Below are positions 37,955-50,360 of a stretch of DNA of 64,000 nucleotides, in pieces. Every line of letters begins with the position of its first letter. The stretch's first letter is position 1. The DNA is from Glycera tridactyla (taxonomy: Eukaryota): the NCBI GenBank assembly GCA_965644265.1, contig OZ286464.1, positions 100,440,001 to 100,504,000 of the forward strand, given 5' to 3'. Made by a program: the position numbers and the translations under genes. The notes beneath the pieces were generated by a model, which was given only the letters and a program-made list of their open reading frames with translations, was not told where the DNA came from and did not search any database.

Positions 37955-39633
37955 CCACTAATACTGCTAGAAATGGAGATGGACTATTATACTGCTAGAA
38001 ATGAAGATAGACCACTAATACTGCTAGAAATGAAGATAGACCACTAATACTGCTAGAAATGAAGATGGACCATTATACTGCTAGAAATGAAGATAGACCA
38101 CTAATACTGCTAGAAATGAAGATAGACCACTAATACTGCTAGAAATGAAGATGGACCATTATATTGCTAGAAATGAAGATAGACCACTGATACTGCTAGA
38201 AAGGAAGATGGACCACTAATACTGCTAGAAATGAAGATAGACCACTAATACTGCTAGAAATGAAGATGGACCATTATACTGCTAGAAATGAAGATGGACC
38301 ACTAATACTGCTAGAAATGAAGATGGATCATTATACTGCTAGAAATGAAGATGGACCACTAATACTGCTAGAAATGAAGATGGATCATTATACTGCTAGT
38401 AACGAAGATGGACCACTAATACTGCTAGAAATGAAGATGGATCATTATACTGCTAGTAACGAAGATGGACCACTAATACTGCTAGAAATGAAGATAGACC
38501 ACAAATACTGCTAGAAATGAAGATGGACCATTATATTGCTAGAAATGATGATAGACGACTGATACTGCTAGAAATGAAGATAGACCACTAATACTGCTAG
38601 AAATGAAGATAGACCACTAATACTGCTAGAAATGAAGATGGACCATTATACTGCTAGAAATGAAGATGGACCACTAATACTGCTAGAAATGAAGATGGAT
38701 CATTATACTGCTAGTAACGAAGATGGACCACTAATACTGCTAGAAATGAAGATGGACCATTATATTGCTAGAAATGATGATAGACGACTGATACTGCTAG
38801 AAATGAAGATGGTCCACTAATACTGCTAGAAATGAAGTTGGACCATTATACTGCTAGTAATGAAGATAGACCACTAATACTGCTAGAAACGAAGATGGAC
38901 CACTAATACTGCTAGGAATGAAGATGGACCATTATACTGCTAGAAATGAAAATAGACCACTGATACTGCTAGAAATGAAGATGGTCCACTAATACTGCTA
39001 GAAATGAAGGTGATCCACTAATACTGCTAGAAATGAAGATGGACCACTAATACTGTCAGAAATGAAGATGGACCACTGATACTGTCAGAAATGAAGATGG
39101 ACCACAAACAGGAATGAAGATGAACCACTAATACTGTCAGAAATGAAGATGGACCACTGATACTGTCAGAAATGAAGATGGTCCACACACAGGAATGAAG
39201 ATGGACCACTAATGCTGTCAGAAATGAAGATGGACCACAAACAGGAATGGAGATGAACCACTCATACTGTCAGAAATGAAGATGGACCACTGATACTGTC
39301 AGAAATGAAGATGGACCACAAATAGGAATGAAGATGAACCACTAATACTGTCAGAAATGAAGATGGACCACAAACAGGAATGGAGATGAACCACTAATAC
39401 TGTCAGGAATGAAGATGGACCACAAACAGGAATGGAGATGAACCACTAATACTGTCAGAAATGAAGACGGACCACTAATGCTGTCAGAAATGAAGATGGA
39501 CCACAAACAGGAATTGAGATGGACCACTAATGCTGTCAGAAATGAAGATGGACCACAAACAGGAATTGAGATGGACCACTAATGCTGTCAGAAATGAATA
39601 TGGACCACACACAGAAATGAAGATGGACCATTA
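37955..39633. repeat. 28/29-bp minisatellite with 57-bp dimers and a variant distal half
   Basis: ctaatactgctagaaatgaagatagacca / ttatactgctagaaatgaagatggacca; ctgtcagaaatg and caaacaggaat variants appear after ~39050. Confidence 0.96.
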
Positions 39634-39931
39634 TGTACAAATAACGAACGAGATGAAGCAATCTCGGATGAACCCATGCTCTTTACCGGTCACATATCCC
39701 TTATTCAAGCTGCATTCACTGGCATCCATACGAAATATAGTCAGAAGTAGAAAATCCAGCCTTGGTATCATACAAATATATATTAAAAGTTCATTAATCG
39801 CATCTTCCTGATCTATGAAAGGTGTATGGTCTGTTTTCATAGGAATTTCTCCCAAAAAACCCAAACAGATAATGAAGCAGTGACAGAACGCTTGTTAAAT
39901 GCGAGAAGCCGTTATTTAGCCATCGACCCCT

Positions 39932-39934
39932 CAC

Positions 39935-39974
<40 letters not shown>

Positions 39975-39999
39975 ACACACACACACACACACATACACA
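39932..39999. repeat. (CA)n microsatellite
   Basis: Direct reading of the sequence. Confidence 0.97.
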
Positions 40000-40295
40000 A
40001 AAAAATTGAACACCTTTTCCTTCTATTCATAGAATGAATGCAATGGAATCTATTGATGGGTAGCATTGATAAATATGTAACTAGTTGTGGGGCTGACACT
40101 CAAGTCCTGAACAATGCTTTACACAAAGCACAGTATCTGTATGAGACTACATAACCGAACCGAGATGTTCAATAATAAAGTGCTGATCTCGAACCAGTTC
40201 ATCTCTGCCTATTGAATGCATACGGAGAAATGTCATCACACCCACTAGTGAATCTAACCAGAGTGTCGGTAAGCAAGAGCCGATGTTCTTGATAC

Positions 40296-40440
40296 TGTTT
40301 TGTTTGTTTGTTTGTTGGGGCTTTTACGTCACGTCAGCTGCATCTGTGCTATATTGTATCGCCCATGCAATGGGCATGGATTGGATCATGGGTGAAATTC
40401 AGAGACACTAGAGGTGTTATTTCTATCTTGTTCTTGGTAC
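40296..40440 (-). mobile_element. SINE-like 3' end with (CAAA)n tail
   Basis: Minus strand ...gacgtgacgtaaaagccccaacaaacaaacaaac; core shared with 2195, 22040 and 60395. No A or B box found. Confidence 0.5.
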
Positions 40441-41004
40441 CCGCTTCATGTATGAAGACAAGAAAAAGACCCGATGTTTGCGTTATTTGGGTTGAAAATC
40501 AGCTCCACAGAAATACAAGGATAGGCTTTAGCGTCAGCTGAAATATTGGGGTTGACATAGTTGCATATCAACTCTAGCTTAGATGCGCGCACACCTGTAC
40601 TGCAAGAGACTATTGTACTGGTCAGGCTAGGTTAGTAATGCTGATCTTATTGATTGGCTGGTTATGCAAAAGCACTGCCACTGTAACCATGCACGATGGA
40701 ATTAGCACATACATTGGATATCCATATGGCACGTGTGTATCACACGTCAGTAGTGGTCTATCATAGGTTCTTGGCTCTATGCCTAGAACAATTCATCTCT
40801 GGGTGGGTGAACCCGATCTATGGTGTCTGGATGTGTTGATTATGACTCAGCTGCACTAAACAAGATCTACAGGGAGACATGGTCGTATAGTCGACATCAG
40901 CGTTGAGACCAAGTCTTGTGATGTCTTGTGATGAGTCCCTCGGGTATCAGGCTGATTGCTGGCACAACTGCAATATGTTGTGAATGGTCTGAGAATAAAC
41001 ACTG

Positions 41005-41157
41005 GAAACCCGAGGTACGTCGTCTCTTATCCCTGTGTTGCTAGGGAAGTGTGATGCCTTGATTGAGCTTCCTACAAATATGTGAAACCCGAGGTACGTC
41101 GTCTCTTATCCCTGTGTTGCTAGGGAAGTGTGATGCCTTGATTGAGCTTCCTACAAA
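41005..41157. repeat. Direct duplication, period 79 bp
   Basis: gaaacccgaggtacgtcgtctcttatccctgtgttgctagggaagtgtgatgcc occurs twice. Confidence 0.95.
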
Positions 41158-41559
41158 GATGTGGGATCCCAGAATGCCCTACGTCTTAAGAGCAGTTCAA
41201 ACACAACCAACCCACAGCCATCTACGAACCAAGGGAAAACCACTTTCGGGATAAACAAGGCGTGAGTGTACTCCGCCGCCCCCCCCCCCCCCCATATGGC
41301 CATTGACGTTCCTCAACCAACTTGACAGTCCATTAAATGTGTTAAACCCTACAAAGGGGTTTCTTTTATGAAGTGGTAGCCAAGGTGTTTCTGATGGTTC
41401 CAGTGTTGGCTGTCGTCGGAGTCAGTGGTGAAGGGGATGGTCATAGCAGCGGCAGTGATGTTGGTCTCCTTGGCCCAGAACACGTTTTTCTCTGATATGA
41501 TATTCAGCAAAAATCTAAATTTCTTTGACACGAAACCAAGTGATATCTGCCACTTGAGC

Positions 41560-42785
41560 CCGATAATCTCTCCCATAGTTTGTCAAATCTGCGGAACGCC
41601 TACATCTTCTTTAACTACAATAAAAGTATGCTCTCCCTCAGATTGATCCTCAGAAGCAACTGGGTCTGCCTCATTTCTGGGTCTCTTACGCTTGAGGTCC
41701 CTTCAGTGCTATCCGGGAAGTGCAGTGAGTATGGAGGAAATCAATGGATACGTGTCGGGGCCATTGGATGGTGAGATAAGGGCTACAGGTCTGCCCTAGG
41801 TGCTGAATCTGCACGCGTGGTATCTCTCGGGCATGTCAAAAAGGGGTTTTACACAAGGAGCTGTTGACAGGATCGTTAAGTCAACCAGAGCCTCACCCTC
41901 AAGAGTATATGATGCGAGATGGCTAACATAGCAGTCTCCAGCCCATTATACATCCAGAAGCACCCCTAGTGACTAATATTACCGACTTTCTCATTGATGC
42001 ATGGGATTCTTGGTTGTCTTTGGAGACTGTGAAGGGTTACAGATAAGTCATCTCTTCTCTTCTGTCCAGGTCGGGAATCAGGATTGCCAGTTCACCGGAG
42101 GTGATGGATCGCTTTAAGAATTTTGCTCTAGAGAGACCAGTTTCTAAGAAGTTGGTTCCTCAGTGGGATCTATCTATTGTTTTACCGTAATTGAAGGAAG
42201 AACGATTTGAGCCTCTAGAACAGACAGCTCTTATGAATTTGGTGAAGAGAGCTGTTTTTCTATTGGCTTTGGCGTCCGGTCATCGTAGAGGAGATTTACA
42301 CGGTCTCTCCGGCCGTCCGGAGGCAATCAGGTCTACCCGAGATCTGTCTAGAGTTACGTTGATTTCAGAGCCAGGAGTATTGGCAAAGAATCAAGCTGCT
42401 GACAGGTTATCACCAATGATTGTGATACCTTCTAGGTGTGGAGACCCTGATTTGTCCGGTAAGGGCATTAGAGTGTTATGTTAGAAGAGTAGCGTCTGTG
42501 TACGGGCTAGTAGACGCAAGCTCTTTATATTTCCTTCTCCCAGACTGTCCAAGGAGATCCGATGTGACAGGATCTCTACGTGGATTGTAGAAGTGGTGAA
42601 GGAAGCATATGTCAAGGCAGAGGTACAGAGACGAGAAGGAATACTCTGTGCTCACCAATTGAGGGCCATTGCGTCTTCTCGGAGGTTCTTTAATTGTTCT
42701 TGTGCTCAGTCGTAGGTGAATGAAGGCTGGTGGCCCTAACATACAAAGGAGTTGAATAAAATTTCAGTATTTGCACACATTGAAT
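41560..42785 (+). mobile_element. DIRS-type tyrosine-recombinase retrotransposon relic
   Basis: LHAWYLSG..RVYDARW; ERP..VPQWDLSIVL; FLLALASGHRRGDL, LAKNQ, RISTWI, AHQLRAIAS (R, K and HxxR residues); stops and frameshifts. Confidence 0.85.
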
Positions 42786-43053
42786 AGAGATTCTGTATTC
42801 ACTCCCTGGTCACGTGATCGAATATCGACGAATCACATTCAACCCCCACGAACAGCAGGCAGAGCGAGAGAGAGAGGGGGGGGGGAGCAGACAGAGAGCG
42901 AGAGAAAAAGAGAGAGAGTGTGTGTGTGTGTGTGTGTGTGTGAGTGTGGGTGTGTGCTTCACACTTGCGGGAGAAAAGCGGGAGACTCGGGATTCTGTTT
43001 GTTTACGTTTGCATGCAGTGTGTTATCAGCGTCGGCGGGATGCACTCGTTCAG

Positions 43054-43210
43054 NNNNNNNNNNNNNNNNNNNNNNNNNNNNNNNNNNNNNNNNNNNNNNN
43101 NNNNNNNNNNNNNNNNNNNNNNNNNNNNNNNNNNNNNNNNNNNNNNNNNNNNNNNNNNNNNNNNNNNNNNNNNNNNNNNNNNNNNNNNNNNNNNNNNNNN
43201 NNNNNNNNNN
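43054..43210. other. Assembly gap
   Basis: Run of N. Confidence 1.
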
Positions 43211-43391
43211 CATAGCCACAAGGACGCGGGATTTGGTTTGTTCACGTTCGCACGCAGTGCGTTATCAGCGTCGGCTCCTCTCTCTCCCTCCCTCTCTCTC
43301 TCTCCCTGTCTCTCTCTCTCCCTCCTTATCCGAATGGAAAATGTGAATGAAGAAAATCTTCTGGAATATTCATATCAGATAATAAATACTG

Positions 43392-43535
43392 AATGCAACT
43401 CGTGTTATGTACGGGAGGCTGTATACGTCTCGTGCTTCAGGCCTACGAAGCACTCGTGGCCTCCGGCCACTGGTGCCTCGCACAGCCTGGAACACTCGAC
43501 CCATACAGCCTCCCGTACACAACACACGTTGTATT
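43392..43535. mobile_element. Palindromic MITE-like element
   Basis: 33-bp arms with 29/33 match (43392-43424, 43503-43535); CTG on both flanks; internal gtggcc-tcc-ggccac hairpin. Confidence 0.7.
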
Positions 43536-45384
43536 CTGTATATGTATCTCACCTCCCATATCACCTCGGACCATATCCATATCTCCCATATTACACCCCA
43601 ACCGTATCAACCATATCACATCCAAATCATATCCACCATATTCAACCCAGATCATCTACCATATGAATTAGGGTGTTTCAGAATCTCACTTTTTTGCCGT
43701 ATCAACTTGCTGAGCTAGATTGGGGTGAGGCCTGGGTCCAGTAGCACCCATGAATTTTTTTGAAATATTTTGAAATTTTTAAGTTGGTGCCTTTTTGACG
43801 GCGACAGGCCTCCCGTCAGTGCCCTGCAGCCTTTATGTGAAAATGTCAACTTGTATAAACATGAACAATAGCTTATTTTAAAGGTCCTTCTATACTCATC
43901 ATTTCTCATCAAGAACCCATGGTCTAAATCCTCATCTTCTTGGTGTTATGTTCACATGAAACCAAACAGTTTGCACTGCCAATGACAGTTGGGCATGAAA
44001 TGTATACCATCTGTTAGCCCTGAGATTCATGCCAACACCTCACCCATGAAAATGTCTAGACATAGCAAAATATCTCTTTCCTAGGTAAGGATATTACTTT
44101 CATATTCAGCAGAAACCCTTACTTATTTCAGACTTAGTGGTGGTGGGTTGGTGGTGGTTACGGATTTCAAAACTGCCATATAATTCTGATGGTGATGGGT
44201 ATAGAATAACTTGCATTATCATTCAAGTGCTTCTCTTCGTTTCACAGGTCCTGAACTCCTGATATGGCTTAGCAAGTGACTAAGAATACTAGCTGCTGAG
44301 CAGCGTATGGAAAACAAGACTAGTGACTAATTACTAGAGAACTGGACAATCCCATCACTGACTGCAGAATATAATATGGATGCCGCTCTTCATTCTCCAG
44401 CAGCCTGAAGCCATTAGAGGCCAAAGAGGCTCCAACTGATCAAAAAAAGGAGCAGCAGATTCAGTTGCTGAAATGCCCGCCAGACCACCTGGGAGGCCAA
44501 AGAAAGACGTCTCACAACCTAGTAACAACACTAATGCTGAGAGACCACTAGGTTGACCTCCAACTCGTAATGATGAGCCATCACCTTGCACTTCCATCAA
44601 AACCTGAAAATCATCTGCTGTGCTTGGTCCATTACTGCAATGATAGAAACGAGTGATTGCACCGAAATGCTGGACTCTTTTAGTGCTTCAAGGCTTCCTT
44701 CCAACAGAATTGCGATGCAACAATATCACACGCTCAAATTGGATCATCGAAACCTGATCCCCATGTCGGATATTGCGAAGACTCTGTACAGAGAAATCAA
44801 AATGATAAGGGACAAGGCATTCCTGACAAAAGTTTCGGATAATACTTGGATTTCAAGGATCCAAATGTTACTGGGGTCATGGGAGAAGAAGCAATATAGG
44901 TTAATGAAGCCATGATCAAAGCATATGGATTCATACCAACTCCTGCTTGATCAACTCTGTGATCTGGCACCCCCAGAAGATGAACTTCTTAGTATTCTGC
45001 AAGGGACCAGATGGAAATTATGGCGAATGTATTTTCAGTTCTATAAAAACATGAATTCTGTACCACAAGTGGAATGTATGGGCACTTTGGGCACTGTCCT
45101 ATCTAAGAAACTGTAAAGAGTAGGAGAAAGAAGTGAAGAACAGCTGAAGAGGCAGAGGAGGGAGAGTGGAGAAGGCTCCTTGATGATCAGAGTGGTAGTC
45201 TGGGCCTATTGGATGATCCAGATAATGTGAATGACCTTGTTGCAGATACACTTGGCAACACAGGATGTGATGTTTCAATTGGGCAAATCAGCATTGAAGG
45301 TGAAAGCATAGATGGTAGCACACACACACAAATACACACATACAACCCCAAAAAACCACACGTTCACAGACACACACATGTTTG

Positions 45385-45536
45385 NNNNNNNNNNNNNNNN
45401 NNNNNNNNNNNNNNNNNNNNNNNNNNNNNNNNNNNNNNNNNNNNNNNNNNNNNNNNNNNNNNNNNNNNNNNNNNNNNNNNNNNNNNNNNNNNNNNNNNNN
45501 NNNNNNNNNNNNNNNNNNNNNNNNNNNNNNNNNNNN
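45385..45536. other. Assembly gap
   Basis: Run of N. Confidence 1.
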
Positions 45537-46176
45537 GGTACACAGGTACACAGGTATTACATGTATTACAGTAATCAAACAGCCGGTGCAAACACAGTGT
45601 ACCAATATTCGTATGCAGATGATGATCGATCATAGGCAGATGAAGGTTGCACTTTGTAATGACTTCCTCATTGAATTCCCGATGAAAACACTCTGACCAA
45701 CCATTATGAGCTTCAATATGATCTGCTACTTGACATATATCTCAATATAAATATTGAGATTCACTCCTTGTTTGTTTGAAACGATTTTATTTACACATAA
45801 GCATCGACAGAATGAGTCGTATAACATGCTAACGTGGGCAAGATCATAATTACAAGAATATGGTGCAGTACAGTACAATTACAAAAGGTAAGTGGCATGG
45901 AATATAGAACACAAAATGGAAATAGCAACGCATGAAATGTGGACAGGCGAGTTATGGGATGAGGCAGTAAATAAAGATGGAGGATGTAAGCGAGACAATA
46001 TGATGGCTAGTGATGAATGATAGGGGCGAGACTGTCAAAAGTACAATACAGTATGAGTAATCACACAAAAATAAAATGATATGATGTAATATGATAACGG
46101 GCCTCATTTGTTGGGTGGTCGAAGATGGACGTTTACGGGCAACCATCATGCAACGACCCTCCAATGTACAAATCTC

Positions 46177-48621
46177 TCAGGTGATTGGATGCATGGCAAA
46201 AAATTTCTTCAGCCCTCGCTTGAAGGCTGCTATGGAGGGACACTCACGTAGTGCCACCGGACAGATATTCCAGAGCTGGGCACCTCTTATCAGTGTGTTT
46301 CCAGCTGCAAACTGGGTACGTGTGCGGATTACCTCCAAATCTTGTTGTACAGTTTGCCTAGTGACTCGCTGAGAGACCTCTGAACGCATGTGTAAGCCAT
46401 ATACAACATGACCTCCTCCGATTTTATTCACTACCTTATAAATTTCGCACAGCAGGTGCCTTTGGCGCAGTGTCTCCAGGTAAGGAAGTTTCAAAGTGAT
46501 GTGACACTCGCTGGCAGAATAACCCAGAGGGTTATTCCTTACCACCCTGAGGCAGCGGTTTTGTAGCATCTGCAGCTTATGTTTAGCCTGTGCCGTCATA
46601 CTCTCATAGATAAAATCATTATAACAGAGCATTGATTGAATTAGTGAATGGTATATGAAGAGGGCACGTTGTTGGCTCAAGTAGGGCCTGAGGTGGGACA
46701 GAGCGGAACGCCGGCATGTCACTTTCTGAACCAAGTAGTTGGCATGTTTGTCAAAGCTAAGCCCACAGTCAAGAACTAAGCCCAGGTATTTGTAATGGTC
46801 AACCTTACAGATACGCTTATCATTAAATAATAGGCCTTGCATACTAATACGCTGAGACTGTTGACGGGTGCCGAAGATCATCAAGGATGACTTTTCAACG
46901 TTCAGGGAAAGTTTCATGAAACTGAACCACTTTGCAACAAGATCAAGGTCAACCTGCAGTCTACGAATTAGTTCCTCCTCATTATTTGCACTTGCACATA
47001 TGGCCGTGTCTTCAGCATATAGGAATGCCCTAGTGTTCTCAAGAATGTTTGGGAGCTCATTAATATAGAGCGTGAAGAGCAGAGGCCCCAGGACAGAGCC
47101 CTGGGGCACTCCGCATGTCACCTTGTGCTTCATCGAGATTATGTTTTCAAACTTGGTTGACTGCGTGCGGTCACTCAGATAGGAGGCGAACCATGAAACA
47201 GCACTGTTTCGAAATCCCAACTCGCGCAATCTCTCAAGTAGTTTCTGATGATCCACCGTGTCAAACGCCTTCTTCAGATCCAGGAAGAGCACTCCAGTGG
47301 GACGAGCCTGATCAGCCTCCCGGTAGATGTTATCCAGGAAGCTGGTGAGGCATGTCCCAGTTGAGTAACCCTCCCTGAATCCAAATTGGGCGTCCGACAG
47401 AATTTTGTTCCTCGACAAATATGCATAGGTTTGAGAGTGGGCAACTTTCTCCATTACTTTTCCCAGAACTGGTAAGATTGATATCGGGCGGAAGTTACTA
47501 ATTCCCAGATTACTGCCACCTTTGTATATAATGGTGATTACTCCCTCCTTCCAGTCTGCCGGAAAAGTTTGGGTGCGTATGGAAAAGTTGCATAGATGAC
47601 ATATGGCAAAAACAATGTTGTTGGGGACCCATTTCAGAAAACTAGAAGTGATGCAGTCCCTGCCAGCTGATTCTGTCTTCTTCAGGTTCTTAATAATCTC
47701 ATGGATTGATTCAGGGGTTGTCTCCACTAGTTCAAAGACGGGGGGCCGCATATGGATATTTAGAATGGGATTCTGTGTGTCGGGAATCTTATCTGCTAAT
47801 TCACTCCCTATGGTACTAAAGAAATTATTGACTTCTTCAGCACAGTCAGTGTGTGTCTTAGCCTCTAGTTTGGGCGACTGCACAGAAGACTTCTGTAGTG
47901 GCCATATTTTCTTCAAGGCTCTCCACAGCTTTTTAGGATCGTCACTGTGTCGTTCAACAGTATTGTCCACGTGATCCTTGATGAGTCTCCTTTTAAGAGC
48001 GCATTTACGACGGATGGCTTCCTTTTTCAAGGCTAGGTTCATATCGGAGGGATATTTATCTTGGAGTTTTGACCGATACTCCACCAGGTCTATCATGCTT
48101 AGATATTCATTGTCAACCCAGGGCTGCGTTTCCTCCCTGAATGATTTCACCTTTGTTGGGGCATGACGGTCGATACAGGCACCAATTGTCGCTTCGAGAT
48201 TCCGGACTGCCAAATCGAGGTTAGTCGCATCAAGAACTGATGTTAGATCTATTGACGCTAAGTCATGAATGTAATCGTTTCGCACAAAATTCCTATAACT
48301 GCGATATTTTATGTTTTTCCATGTTTTAGGTATCTTATTGCGATTTCGGCAGACAAAAGCAAGGGCATGGTCACTCAGACCTGGGTTGACTACGCCAGAC
48401 CTGTTGTAATATTCAGGATTTGAGACTACAATATGATCAATAACGGTCGAACTTGTGGTGGTTACGCGGGTGGGAGTGTCTATCAGCTGAGAGAGAGCCC
48501 TCTCGCGGAGAAATGCTTTGTAAGAGTTAGTGCGATCACGGCGAGTACTACAGAAGTCGATGGTAATATCTCCTAAGATGTTGAGGTCAAAGACACTAAA
48601 GTTCTCATCAAGGAAGTCCAT
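46177..48621 (-). CDS. LINE ORF2 (APE C-terminal part + reverse transcriptase), 814 aa
   Basis: SDHAL, NFRPISIL, QFGFR, FLDLKKAFDTVDH, GVPQGSVLGP, YAEDT (catalytic YADD altered), YKYLG. Confidence 0.92.
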   Translation of the reverse strand: MDFLDENFSVFDLNILGDITIDFCSTRRDRTNSYKAFLRERALSQLIDTPTRVTTTSSTVIDHIVVSNPEYYNRSGVVNPGLSDHALAFVCRNRNKIPKTWKNIKYRSYRNFVRNDYIHDLASIDLTSVLDATNLDLAVRNLEATIGACIDRHAPTKVKSFREETQPWVDNEYLSMIDLVEYRSKLQDKYPSDMNLALKKEAIRRKCALKRRLIKDHVDNTVERHSDDPKKLWRALKKIWPLQKSSVQSPKLEAKTHTDCAEEVNNFFSTIGSELADKIPDTQNPILNIHMRPPVFELVETTPESIHEIIKNLKKTESAGRDCITSSFLKWVPNNIVFAICHLCNFSIRTQTFPADWKEGVITIIYKGGSNLGISNFRPISILPVLGKVMEKVAHSQTYAYLSRNKILSDAQFGFREGYSTGTCLTSFLDNIYREADQARPTGVLFLDLKKAFDTVDHQKLLERLRELGFRNSAVSWFASYLSDRTQSTKFENIISMKHKVTCGVPQGSVLGPLLFTLYINELPNILENTRAFLYAEDTAICASANNEEELIRRLQVDLDLVAKWFSFMKLSLNVEKSSLMIFGTRQQSQRISMQGLLFNDKRICKVDHYKYLGLVLDCGLSFDKHANYLVQKVTCRRSALSHLRPYLSQQRALFIYHSLIQSMLCYNDFIYESMTAQAKHKLQMLQNRCLRVVRNNPLGYSASECHITLKLPYLETLRQRHLLCEIYKVVNKIGGGHVVYGLHMRSEVSQRVTRQTVQQDLEVIRTRTQFAAGNTLIRGAQLWNICPVALRECPSIAAFKRGLKKFFAMHPIT

Positions 48622-48801
48622 AGAGGATTCAATATGTTCAATGAAAGCTGGGATTGCTCCAGATGGGGGGGCGATATATCGCTCCGAAAACTGTTGGTCG
48701 GCAGTTTTTTAGGGAAAGGGTACACCAGACTGATTCTATGTCCCTATTACAGGTACCTAGGCCAGTCAAGCTTTCGATAGCATATTGACTCCCATCGTAT
48801 A

Positions 48802-49122
48802 TTATAATGCCACCCCCCCCCCTGACTTTCCACTTTCTGCAGTTCGATCCTGTCTGAGAAAGTTGTACCCAGGAATATGAAGTTCTTCGTCGGCAATGCT
48901 GTCGTTTAGAAAAGATTCGGTGAGTATTAATATGTCAAGTTTGCTATGATGAAGGAGGAGTCTTATGTCATCTATCTTGCGCGTTATGCTCTGTATGTCA
49001 AGTGTAGCTATGCTTATTCCCGGCAGATTAGAGAGTGCGGCTGTGCTGTATTCGAAATCTGAGAGACTGGTATCTGTGGGGAAAATGTGGGTTGCCCTCC
49101 GTCTGTTGTCATTTATGGGCAT
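48802..49122 (-). pseudogene. LINE APE endonuclease N-terminus, separated from the RT ORF by two frameshifts
   Basis: LDILILTESFLNDSI..IPGYNFLRQDR..SGGGV; same frame as the RT ORF. Confidence 0.88.
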
Positions 49123-50217
49123 TGGAAATGATTCTTATTTCAGATTACAGAGAGGTAAAGGATACAACACTAATGAGTGCACACAAAAACCCAAGGTGGG
49201 ATTACACACGAGTTCCAAGAGAAGCATGTATGAGTGGTCAAAGACACCTTGTTGCCAGCCTGGTCCCAAGATGTCTTGGCTAGATCCTCAATTAATGGGA
49301 ACCCACACTTACTTAGTGCCAGGCACAGGTAGAGCCGGGTAGACTCTATTAAGTCTATATAGGAGGGTCGTCTATCTACCATCGGTTTTTGCAGGTAGCC
49401 AAGAGTCAGATATTGAAAACTTATTGAGTAAGTACTGGGGCATCTTGTCGCCAGCCCGGTCCCGAAATGGCCAACAGCAGGTATAGTGTATCACATTTCC
49501 GGTGCTGTGTCTCACATAACAACCTTGGGGCACACAACAGGGGCAGACATTTTCAATAATCATTGTATAAAATCATTAAGATTTAAAATCACTCCACCTG
49601 GGACCCATTGCCCCTGTTTCTCACTGAACAGCTAGAGAAAGATTAAACTCAAGCAAACATAAGTGTAGACACCCAATGTATATCTGACATACATATGCGC
49701 CTTATAAGTTTGCCAAGTACATACACTGTTATTATTTGGTACTTCGACTCAAGCATATTCTCACTCCTGCGCATACACACACACCCAACACACAAACATA
49801 TCTAAATGCCGAAATGGACACACACACAGATAAACAGATTAACACACACACACACTCAGGCATCTTCTTGGGCTACAAGAACACTTCCAAGCTAAGATAT
49901 GCATGCCATCTGTGACTTACTATGTGACAGCAGTTACCAATAAATAATTCTCATCAATGCCTCAATGATATATTTGTCAATGAGGTCCAGTCACAGTAGG
50001 TCCCATTACTTCTCTAATAAATCAAACACTGATAAACCTGCAAAACCAAATAACAAAAGCTTGGTCCGCTGTCGCAATTCGTCTCACTAATCACATGCAA
50101 TCGAGATTGAGTGTAATCAGACAAGTATCTGCTTAGGTCAGTTCCTTGCTGGCAACTTATCTAAAAATAACTCAGAACCCGTAATTCGAGACTCGAAACT
50201 CGAGACAATCAGATCAG

Positions 50218-50360
50218 AATAAAGCATTTTCAAGCACCTAAACCTAAACCTAAACCTGCCAGATAGGTATTGACGTAAATCAAAATAAAGCATTTTCAAG
50301 CACCTAAACCTAAACCTAAACCTAAACCTAAACCTGCCAGATAGGTATTGACGTAAATCA
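50218..50360. repeat. Two tandem units containing (CCTAAA)n tracts
   Basis: aataaagcattttcaagca(cctaaa)n cctgccagataggtattgacgtaaatca twice, with n=3 and n=5. Confidence 0.9.

Larger units (their letters stand above)
45768..49560 (-). mobile_element. CR1/L2-group LINE, near full-length ORF2 region
   Basis: APE + RT; AATAAA followed by a (CAAA)n tail at ~45768-45792; possible ORF1 remnants at 49170-49560; 5' boundary uncertain. Confidence 0.9.

Noticed and set aside
44355-45300. Cluster of short ORFs as a gene or transposase
   Set aside because: No recognisable motifs, no paralog in the window and no splice support.
45762-49768. TCACTCCT as the TSD of the minus LINE
   Set aside because: An 8-bp match can arise by chance, and the 5' boundary is not independently defined.
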